Of a stretch of 64,000 bases of DNA, positions 56,518 through 64,000 are shown in pieces (the stretch's first letter is position 1; the number at the start of each line of letters is the position of its first letter). Made by a program: the position numbers and the translations under genes. Source of the DNA: an uncultured SAR86 cluster bacterium. Lineage in GTDB: Bacteria > Pseudomonadota > Gammaproteobacteria > Magnimaribacterales > D2472. Under the pieces are notes generated by a model. It was given only the letters and a program-made list of their open reading frames with translations, was not told the origin of the DNA and did no database searches. Location of the stretch: NCBI GenBank assembly GCA_902594515.1, contig CACJML010000002.1, positions 911 through 64,910 on the forward strand, given 5' to 3'.

Positions 56518-59250
56518 ATGCTTAAAAAATTATCTACTTATTTCATAGGTTTTTTCTTTTCTGTAACTATCTTCGCTTATACATCAGATAATGAAAATTC
56601 TATACCTGAGATTAATTATTCAAAATTTACACTTGATAACGGTTTAACCGTAATTGTTCATGAGGATAGAAAAGTTCCAATGGTAGCAGTGAATATCTGG
56701 TATCACGTTGGTTCCAAAAATGAAAAAGAAGGTAAAACGGGATTCGCTCATTTATTCGAACACTTAATGTTTAATGGAACTGAAAACTATAACTCGGAAT
56801 ATTTTGAGCCATTTGAAAAAATAGGTTCAACTGATCAAAACGGTACAACAAATTCTGATAGAACGAATTATTTTCAGAATGTTCCAACCAATGCCCTTGA
56901 TTTAGCTTTATGGATGGAATCTGATCGAATGGGTCACCTGCTTGGTGTGGTGGATCAAGAAAAACTGGATGAACAACGAGGTGTTGTTCAAAATGAGAAA
57001 AGACAAGGTGAGAATAGACCGTACGGAAAATCTTTTGATCGTATTTCAAATGGCGCCTATCCAAAAGGCCATCCTTATTCATGGACAACAATCGGTTCAA
57101 TGGAGGACCTTGATGCAGCATCATTAGATGATGTGAAAGAATGGTTTAAAACTTACTACGGTCCAAATAATGCTGTTCTTGTTCTAGCCGGAGATATTGA
57201 CTTAGAAACTGCTAAAGCAAAGGCTCAAGAGTATTTTGGTGATATCCCTCCCGGACCACCATTAACTAAACCCAGTAAGTGGATAGGGAAAAGATCTGAG
57301 GAAAAAAGAGAGATCATGCTTGATAATGTTCCTCAAACAGTAATTTATAAAGTATGGAATACGCCCCCCGCTAATACCATTGAGGAAGTTCATTTGGATT
57401 TAGCTGCCAGCGTTTTTAGTGATCAAAAAAATTCACCCTTGTATAAAGACTTGGTTTATGACCAACAAGTTTCCACAGGTGTTTCAGCTTTTTACTTTGG
57501 CAGAGAGATATCAGGTTTATTCTATATTGCTGCTGATGTTGCACCTGGGGTAGATCCAAATGTTGTCGAGGAAGCATTAGATGAATCGATTGCAAATTAT
57601 TTAAAAAAAGGTCCTGATAGAGATCTTCTAGAAGCTGAAAAAACTAAAACTTATGCAGGCTACATAAGAGGTTTACAAAGAATCGGTGGCTTTGGAGGAA
57701 AATCGGATATTTTAGCAACGTGCGAAACATATACTGGTGAACCTGACTGTTATAAAACATACCTTGAAAATCTTCTCGATACATCAACCAAAGATATTAA
57801 AACCACTCTTAGCAATTGGATTGACGACACAGCGTATGTTCTTACCATCATGCCTGAACAAAAATTATCAGCTAATAAAAATGGAGTTGATAGATCAAAA
57901 GGCATACCCTACCCAACCTCAAGCGTAAGCTATCAATTTCCAGATATTGAATCAGCTACTCTCTCCAATGGTTCAAAAATCTATCTTGCCCAAAGGGATG
58001 GTTTACCCCTAGTGCAAATGACAATCCTGCTTTCAAGCGGATTTGCTGAGGAAGATCTAAGCGAGCTGGGTTATACAAATTTTATGATGGATATGCTTAA
58101 TGAAGGCACAAAAAATTATTCAGCACTAGAATTTGATGCTGCACTAAATGCAATTGGATCAAGCATAAGCTATGGATCAGGATTAGACTCATCTTATGTT
58201 GGAGTTTCATCGCTTAAAGGCAGTTTCTCTGATACTTTGGACTTGGTTGTTGAATCCCTCGAGAATCCGCTGTTTGAAGATTCAGAAATTTCACGCTTAC
58301 AAAAACAAAGGCTTGCGGGAATTAAACAAGAAGAAAATCAACCTAGTGCAATTGCTTACAGGAAAATTGGAAAGATTCTTTACGGCGAGAACCATCCATA
58401 TGGAAAACCTCTTACAGGTACTGGTACTACAGAAACAATAGAGAATATTTCAAGGGATGCCCTAGTTGATGTTTATAAGCGCGTGATTAATTCAAATAAT
58501 GCTTCCTACTTGATCGTTGGCAACATCAATCTTGAAGAGGCAAAAGATATGCTTGAAAGTAAATTTGGTAATTGGGAAAGTGAAGCATCACAACAAAAAC
58601 TTAGTTTATTCAATGTTGATTTACCAAAATCAAGAAAGGTCTATCTCATAGATAAACCTAATGCAATTCAATCGTATATTGTTGCAGGTCAATTACTTCC
58701 GCCTACTGGTTCGGATGATGAAATTCTTATGGAATATATGAATTATGCTATTGGCGGTTCATTTACCTCGAGACTAAATATGAACCTTAGAGAAGACAAA
58801 AGTTGGTCATATGGGGTCAGAAATAGATTGGCGGATGCTAAAGGTCAAAGATCAATACTAGTTAATGCACCGGTTCAGACTGATAAAACAGCAGATTCCA
58901 TTAAAGAAATCATCAAAGAGTTTGATTATTATCTTGGTGATCAGCCTATAAGGTACGATGAACTTGAAAAAGCAAAGTCATCTAAAACATTAAGACTTCC
59001 AGGAAGGTTTGAAACATTGGGTTCTTTATTGGGCGGAATGACAAATATTGTTCAATATGGCAGAAGTCTAAATTATCTGGATGAACTTTCTAGTCTTTAT
59101 AGTGAACCAACTCTTGAGGAGGTTCAAAGCACTGCCAGAAAATATTTAAAGCCCAATCAATGGTCTTGGCTAATAGTTGGAGATCTAAAAGAAATTGAAT
59201 CTGAAGTAAGAGCCTTAAATTTAGGTGAAGTAGAAATTATTTCAAATTAA
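56518..59250 (+). CDS. M16-family zinc peptidase, two-module (PqqL-like), exported
   Basis: 910 aa. Signal peptide, HLFEHLMFNG (HxxEH) and downstream NEKRQGEN glutamate, then a second inactive-type module. Confidence 0.85.
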   Translation: MLKKLSTYFIGFFFSVTIFAYTSDNENSIPEINYSKFTLDNGLTVIVHEDRKVPMVAVNIWYHVGSKNEKEGKTGFAHLFEHLMFNGTENYNSEYFEPFEKIGSTDQNGTTNSDRTNYFQNVPTNALDLALWMESDRMGHLLGVVDQEKLDEQRGVVQNEKRQGENRPYGKSFDRISNGAYPKGHPYSWTTIGSMEDLDAASLDDVKEWFKTYYGPNNAVLVLAGDIDLETAKAKAQEYFGDIPPGPPLTKPSKWIGKRSEEKREIMLDNVPQTVIYKVWNTPPANTIEEVHLDLAASVFSDQKNSPLYKDLVYDQQVSTGVSAFYFGREISGLFYIAADVAPGVDPNVVEEALDESIANYLKKGPDRDLLEAEKTKTYAGYIRGLQRIGGFGGKSDILATCETYTGEPDCYKTYLENLLDTSTKDIKTTLSNWIDDTAYVLTIMPEQKLSANKNGVDRSKGIPYPTSSVSYQFPDIESATLSNGSKIYLAQRDGLPLVQMTILLSSGFAEEDLSELGYTNFMMDMLNEGTKNYSALEFDAALNAIGSSISYGSGLDSSYVGVSSLKGSFSDTLDLVVESLENPLFEDSEISRLQKQRLAGIKQEENQPSAIAYRKIGKILYGENHPYGKPLTGTGTTETIENISRDALVDVYKRVINSNNASYLIVGNINLEEAKDMLESKFGNWESEASQQKLSLFNVDLPKSRKVYLIDKPNAIQSYIVAGQLLPPTGSDDEILMEYMNYAIGGSFTSRLNMNLREDKSWSYGVRNRLADAKGQRSILVNAPVQTDKTADSIKEIIKEFDYYLGDQPIRYDELEKAKSSKTLRLPGRFETLGSLLGGMTNIVQYGRSLNYLDELSSLYSEPTLEEVQSTARKYLKPNQWSWLIVGDLKEIESEVRALNLGEVEIISN

Positions 59251-59260
59251 GCTAGCAAAG

Positions 59261-60619
59261 ATGACCGTATCAATCTCAAATGAAGTTATAAAAACTATTA
59301 TTAATAAGCCGGCTTATGAAGAGACATTTAATCATCATATTTCTCAGCCCTTAACTGACCTTCAATTGTTTACTAAAGGTCAGCCCTTTGAAATATTTGA
59401 TGAATACAGACTTCATGCTCCTGTCCATTTTCATGAACCTGCTGAATATGATATTGATCCAGGCTTTTGGTCACTTACGAGATACGAAGATATTCAATAT
59501 GTCTCAATGAATCCTAAAATTTTTTCATCACAAATTTGCACAGGAACCTTGATGACACTTGGTCAAGAGGATAGACGCCATCCTAAACTTTGGAGAAGCT
59601 CAATAGATCATATGCTTAACCTAGATGGTGATTTACACATCAACCTCAGAAAAGAACATATGCCTTTCTTTAAACCTGGTTATGTAGAAGAATTACATAA
59701 AAAAGTTTCGTCAAAAATCTCAGAGCTTTTAGATAATATAGCTCCAATGGGAAAATGTAACTTGGTGCATGAATTCTCTCAGCAATTACCCATATATACA
59801 CTTTCTGAAATTCTTGGAATCCCTGAATCTGACAGGCAAAAACTAGTTACTTGGATGGAGTTTCTTGAATTAGCTCAACATCTTCAGGCTGAATCATATA
59901 GAAAAGAATTAGAAGGCGAATCAATGGATAGTCCCGATCAAAATATGATCGACATGTTTAACGCTATGGTTGATGAGATGTTTGAGTATGGCAGGGATAT
60001 TTTAAATAAAAAGAGGCAATTTCCTGAAAATGATTTGTTGTCAGCTATTGCAAATGCAGAATTAGAAGGAGAAAAACTTAGTGATGAGTTCTTAGATGGA
60101 TCATGGTTATTGATTATCTTTGCTGGAAACGATACCACTAGAAATACACTCAGTGGTGCAATAAAACTTCTTACTGAAAATCCTAGGCAAAAAGAAAAAC
60201 TTCTTAATAACTTTGATCTTTTACCTAATTTTGTTCAAGAATCCATAAGAATGATCAGTCCAGTTATACACATGAGAAGAACCACTAAGGTGGATACTCA
60301 GGTAGGTGAGCAAAAAATGGGAGCCGGAGAAAAAATTATAATGTGGTATGGTGCTGCAAACAGGGATCCAAGCATCTTTGAAAACCCAAATGAATTTAAT
60401 ATTGAAAGAACAAACGCCGATAAGCATCTTGCTTTTGGGATTGGGAGACATACCTGCCTTGGCAAACCTATTGCTCTAATGCAGTTACAAGAAGCCTACA
60501 AGCAGATTTTACAAAGATTTCCGGACATGAAGTATGACGGAGAATGGAAAATTGCACCGAATAACTTTGTTCATGCTATCCAGGAAATGCCTGTCACTTT
60601 TACTCCAGAGTCTAATTAA
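59261..60619 (+). CDS. cytochrome P450
   Basis: 452 aa. Heme-thiolate loop FGIGRHTCLGKPIA, I-helix FAGNDTT, and ESIR (ExxR). Confidence 0.88.
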   Translation: MTVSISNEVIKTIINKPAYEETFNHHISQPLTDLQLFTKGQPFEIFDEYRLHAPVHFHEPAEYDIDPGFWSLTRYEDIQYVSMNPKIFSSQICTGTLMTLGQEDRRHPKLWRSSIDHMLNLDGDLHINLRKEHMPFFKPGYVEELHKKVSSKISELLDNIAPMGKCNLVHEFSQQLPIYTLSEILGIPESDRQKLVTWMEFLELAQHLQAESYRKELEGESMDSPDQNMIDMFNAMVDEMFEYGRDILNKKRQFPENDLLSAIANAELEGEKLSDEFLDGSWLLIIFAGNDTTRNTLSGAIKLLTENPRQKEKLLNNFDLLPNFVQESIRMISPVIHMRRTTKVDTQVGEQKMGAGEKIIMWYGAANRDPSIFENPNEFNIERTNADKHLAFGIGRHTCLGKPIALMQLQEAYKQILQRFPDMKYDGEWKIAPNNFVHAIQEMPVTFTPESN

Positions 60620-60980
60620 GATCTAAAGCAAAATTCTGCAAAATATCTAAATCTATAACACTAAGAGCTTCTTGATGAGTTCTTCGAAGGTAGAGTTTTG
60701 GTGCTGATGCGTGTTGGTATGCTTCCAACCAACGCATACTGCATAAACACCATGCATCACCTTCTTTTAAACCAGGAAAATTGAATTCAGGTCTTGGGGT
60801 TGATAAATCATTACCTTTCGATTTAGAAAATTCTAAAAAATCCTTTGTCATCAGCGCACAAACTAAATGAAGTCCGTGATCTAAAGGATGATGGCTGCAA
60901 AAACCGTCTCTTGTAAATCCAGTGATTGGATTGGTGCAACATTCACTAATTTCCTCACCAAATATATTCAACTGCGACAT
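60612..60980 (-). CDS. DUF2237 family protein
   Basis: Start at MSQLNIFGEEISECCTNPITGFTRDGFC (Met 60980). The longer track ORF would run into the clpB start. Confidence 0.65.
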   Translation of the reverse strand: MSQLNIFGEEISECCTNPITGFTRDGFCSHHPLDHGLHLVCALMTKDFLEFSKSKGNDLSTPRPEFNFPGLKEGDAWCLCSMRWLEAYQHASAPKLYLRRTHQEALSVIDLDILQNFALDLN

Positions 60981-61043
60981 TTGCACATTATAGGTTTTGT
61001 TACATAGATTTGAAAAAATATTTATTAACCATACATATGGTAT

Positions 61044-63599
61044 ATGGATGTAAATAAATTTACTGAATCTGCAAGAAATTGCGTAATGCGTGCGCAAGGC
61101 AAAGCTGTTGCCTATGATCATAATATTATCAAGCCCTTACATCTACTTAGCGCTCTAAGTGAAGAGCAGATGATAAAAGAAATTTTAAGTTCAAATAAAA
61201 TTGAGTCTGAGGGTCTCATTAGCTCTATCGAAAGAAATTTAAAGGATTTACCCTCCTCTAACTCATCCCAACTTCAAGGAATCGATAGAGATTCTTTAAA
61301 AATATTTCAAGAATCTGAAAAATTTATGTCTAGACTGGGAGATCAATTTGTCTCAATTGATAATTTATTTCTACAAACTCTAAAATCAGGTTCATCTGAA
61401 ATTGATAATGTTAATAAGAAAAACTCCATCAATGTTCAAGCCATAGAACAATACATTATTAAAAATAGAAGTGGGCAAAGGGTTGAATCAGAAACGGGAG
61501 AGAATACATTAAATTCTCTTGATAAATTTACTATAGACATAACTGAGCTTGCTCAATTAGGAAAGCTTGATCCAGTAATTGGTCGAAATGAAGAGATCAG
61601 ACGTGCTATGCAAGTCTTGTCTCGAAGAACTAAAAATAATCCTGTCCTAATTGGAGAGCCAGGAGTTGGAAAAACTGCAATTGTTGAAGGCATTGCACAA
61701 AGAATTATTGATCATGATGTCCCTGAGGGGCTTAAAAATAAACGTTTGCTTTCTCTGGATATGGCAGGTCTCCTTGCAGGTTCAAAATATCGCGGTGAAT
61801 TTGAAGAAAGACTTAAATCCGTTCTTGATCAAATAAAGAAAATGCAGGGTGAGGTCATTTTGTTTCTTGATGAGCTACATACGCTTGTAGGTGCTGGTAA
61901 AACCGATGGAGCAATGGATGCCTCTAATATGCTTAAACCAGCTTTAGCGAGAGGCGAACTTCACATGATAGGTGCAACTACCCTTGATGAATATAGGCAA
62001 TACATTGAAAAAGATGCTGCATTGGCAAGAAGATACCAAACAGTACTAATTGATGAACCAACCATGGATGATGCTGTATCAATTTTAAGAGGTCTTAAAG
62101 AGAAGTATGAGATGCATCACGGTGTCCAAATTAAAGATGAGTCCTTAGTTTCAGCAGTCAATCTTTCTTCAAGATATATCAATGATAGATTTTTGCCCGA
62201 CAAAGCTATCGATCTTATTGATGAGGCTGCATCGTTAATCCGTATGCAAGCAGATAGCAAGCCTGAAGATCTTGAACTAATTGATAGAAAAATAATGCAA
62301 TTAAAAATAGAAAAAGAAGCCTTATCAAAAGAAACAAGTAAAAAATCAAAAAAAAGATTAGAAGAGATAATTGATCAACTAGCAAAACTTGAATCAGAAT
62401 CATTAGATTTATCAACCAGATGGAACTCTCAAAAAGAAAAAATTAACTCCGTTCAAAAAATACGTGAAGATCTTGATAAAGCAAAGCTGGATCTTTTAAC
62501 TGCTGAACGAAATCAGGATTGGACTCGTGCAGGAGAAATTAAATATGGAACCATACCTAATTTAGAGGAAGCTATTGTTAATTCTGAAAAACTATCCAAG
62601 GATGCACTGATCAATGAAATGGTTACTGAGGGAGATATAGCTCAAGTTGTTCAACGATGGACTGGTATCCCGGTTTCAAATTTACTAGAGGAAGAAAAAG
62701 ATCGACTGTTACAAATTGAAGAATATTTAAATAAAAAAGTTATAGGTCAAAAAGAACCTATTGAATCAATAGCTAATGCTATCAGAAGAACCAGAGCTGG
62801 ACTTCAATCATCAAACAGACCCATAGGTTCATTTATGTTCTTAGGGCCTACAGGAGTGGGAAAAACTGAGCTTTCAAAAGCTCTAGCTAAATATCTTTTT
62901 AATGATAATGCATCCATGACTAGAATAGACATGTCTGAATATATGGAAAAACACTCAGTGTCTCGCATGATCGGTTCGCCTCCTGGATATGTTGGTTATG
63001 AACAAGGAGGTGCCTTAACTGAAGGCATTAGAAGAAAGCCTTACCAAATAATCTTGCTGGATGAAATTGAAAAAGCTCATCCTGATATTTTTAACATCCT
63101 TCTTCAAGTCTTAGACGATGGCAGACTTACAGATGGACAGGGCCGAACAGTTGATTTTTCAAATACCCTTCTCATTATGACCTCCAATATAGGAGCGGAA
63201 CACTACCCTAGTGATAAGCCAGTTTCAGATTCAATTAAAAATAAAATTAATGATGAAGTTGATAAATCTTTTAGGCCAGAATTTTTAAATAGAATTGATG
63301 ATATTCTAATCTTTAACTCATTAAACCAAGATCATTTAAAAGAAATTGTTGAACTGCAGATTGAAGAAATGAATGATTTGTTGGTATCTCAAGACTTAGT
63401 ATTAAAAATTGATGACAAAGCTAAGGAATGGTTACTAAAAAAAGGTTTTGATAGTAAATTTGGAGCTCGGCCAATGAGAAGGACATTAGAAAAATATATA
63501 CAAAATCCTTTATCTGAAATGATAATTCAAGAAAAAATAAAAAATGGTGACATCATTTACGTTTCGGCAAATGATTTTGGACTAGAATTCAAAACTTAA
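61044..63599 (+). CDS. clpB: ATP-dependent chaperone/disaggregase ClpB
   Basis: 851 aa. Two AAA+ modules (GEPGVGKTA and GPTGVGKTE), a coiled-coil middle domain, and an N-terminus colinear with E. coli ClpB. Confidence 0.95.
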   Translation: MDVNKFTESARNCVMRAQGKAVAYDHNIIKPLHLLSALSEEQMIKEILSSNKIESEGLISSIERNLKDLPSSNSSQLQGIDRDSLKIFQESEKFMSRLGDQFVSIDNLFLQTLKSGSSEIDNVNKKNSINVQAIEQYIIKNRSGQRVESETGENTLNSLDKFTIDITELAQLGKLDPVIGRNEEIRRAMQVLSRRTKNNPVLIGEPGVGKTAIVEGIAQRIIDHDVPEGLKNKRLLSLDMAGLLAGSKYRGEFEERLKSVLDQIKKMQGEVILFLDELHTLVGAGKTDGAMDASNMLKPALARGELHMIGATTLDEYRQYIEKDAALARRYQTVLIDEPTMDDAVSILRGLKEKYEMHHGVQIKDESLVSAVNLSSRYINDRFLPDKAIDLIDEAASLIRMQADSKPEDLELIDRKIMQLKIEKEALSKETSKKSKKRLEEIIDQLAKLESESLDLSTRWNSQKEKINSVQKIREDLDKAKLDLLTAERNQDWTRAGEIKYGTIPNLEEAIVNSEKLSKDALINEMVTEGDIAQVVQRWTGIPVSNLLEEEKDRLLQIEEYLNKKVIGQKEPIESIANAIRRTRAGLQSSNRPIGSFMFLGPTGVGKTELSKALAKYLFNDNASMTRIDMSEYMEKHSVSRMIGSPPGYVGYEQGGALTEGIRRKPYQIILLDEIEKAHPDIFNILLQVLDDGRLTDGQGRTVDFSNTLLIMTSNIGAEHYPSDKPVSDSIKNKINDEVDKSFRPEFLNRIDDILIFNSLNQDHLKEIVELQIEEMNDLLVSQDLVLKIDDKAKEWLLKKGFDSKFGARPMRRTLEKYIQNPLSEMIIQEKIKNGDIIYVSANDFGLEFKT

Positions 63600-64000
63600 C
63601 TCAATTAATTCTCCAGGCATAACTGTTAGAAAATCTAGATTTTCTTTTTTGCTACTATTTTTTAGCCACTCTTTTGGTTCAAGAATAGGCTCATCGGATA
63701 AGATAAAAGTTCCCCAATGCATACCTATGCTTTTGGTTGCCTCTAAGTCTATAGCAATTTGAATTGCTTCATCTGGTGTTACATGTGAATAACCTTCAAA
63801 CCAATATGGAGAGTAAGCCCCAATTGGTATCAATGCCAGATCAACCTTCCCAAGCCGTTTTTTTATAATTTTGAAGTCATCTGAGTAACCGGTATCTCCA
63901 GCATGAAATAGACTTAAATTATGATTTTCAATATGCCAGCTACCCCACAAACTTCTACTCCCATCAAATAAACCTCTAGCAGACCAATGCTTTGCTGGTG
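63582..64000 (-). CDS. MBL-fold hydrolase (NAPE-PLD-like), 3' part; 5' end beyond window
   Basis: The frame stays open upstream of the track start, which is a TTG: ...PAKHWSARGLFDGSRSLWGSW. Also FHAGDTGY and IGMHWGTF motifs. 18-nt convergent overlap with clpB. Confidence 0.7.
   Translation of the reverse strand, partial: PAKHWSARGLFDGSRSLWGSWHIENHNLSLFHAGDTGYSDDFKIIKKRLGKVDLALIPIGAYSPYWFEGYSHVTPDEAIQIAIDLEATKSIGMHWGTFILSDEPILEPKEWLKNSSKKENLDFLTVMPGELIELSFEF

Noticed and set aside
61009-61036. Sigma-32-like heat-shock promoter upstream of clpB: TTGAAA-N14-CCATACAT.
   Set aside because: The -10-like element ends only 7 nt before the clpB ATG, so the transcript would be leaderless. The motif is plausible but the geometry is poor, so I did not call it as a feature.

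Overview
AT-rich, extremely gene-dense chromosomal segment. About 65 protein genes and 1 tRNA; many neighbours overlap by 4-20 nt or sit 0-3 nt apart. There is no CRISPR array, transposase, integrase, prophage or recognisable defence gene. Gene content (ftsK/trxB junction, Na+-pumping oxaloacetate decarboxylase oadGAB, TonB-dependent receptor, many acyl-CoA/lipid catabolic genes, secreted peptidases) fits a streamlined marine gammaproteobacterium, possibly SAR86-like. That taxonomic guess is inference only. Main blocks: (1) ftsK, trxB, acuI-like reductase and an SDR. (2) A sigma-54-driven porin-glnK-amtB operon. (3) Acyltransferase and oadGAB. (4) An 11-gene near-gapless minus-strand array. 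It holds a CoA ligase, two DUF35 proteins, two thiolase-fold proteins that appear to lack the catalytic Cys/His, and two crotonases. (5) A phosphorus cluster: TonB receptor plus beta-propeller phytase, TetR, PiT plus an NTF2-like protein, PPK2, PPX, PhoR/PhoB, and PhoD further on. (6) A fadD gene abutting a lipoprotein subtilase with a C-terminal beta-barrel. (7) A tightly coupled SDR / KstD-like flavoprotein / CoA ligase / AlgH / SDR / GGT run. (8) tRNA-Gly(UCC), an LLM oxidoreductase and several small secreted proteins of unknown function. (9) Amidohydrolase, FAD oxidoreductase and an FeS-type (6-4) photolyase. (10) M28 and M16 peptidases, P450, DUF2237, clpB. All functional calls come from motif and family recognition by eye; no database search was run. 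The most interesting candidate for something undescribed is the degenerate thiolase-fold/DUF35 module. The remaining findings are modest.
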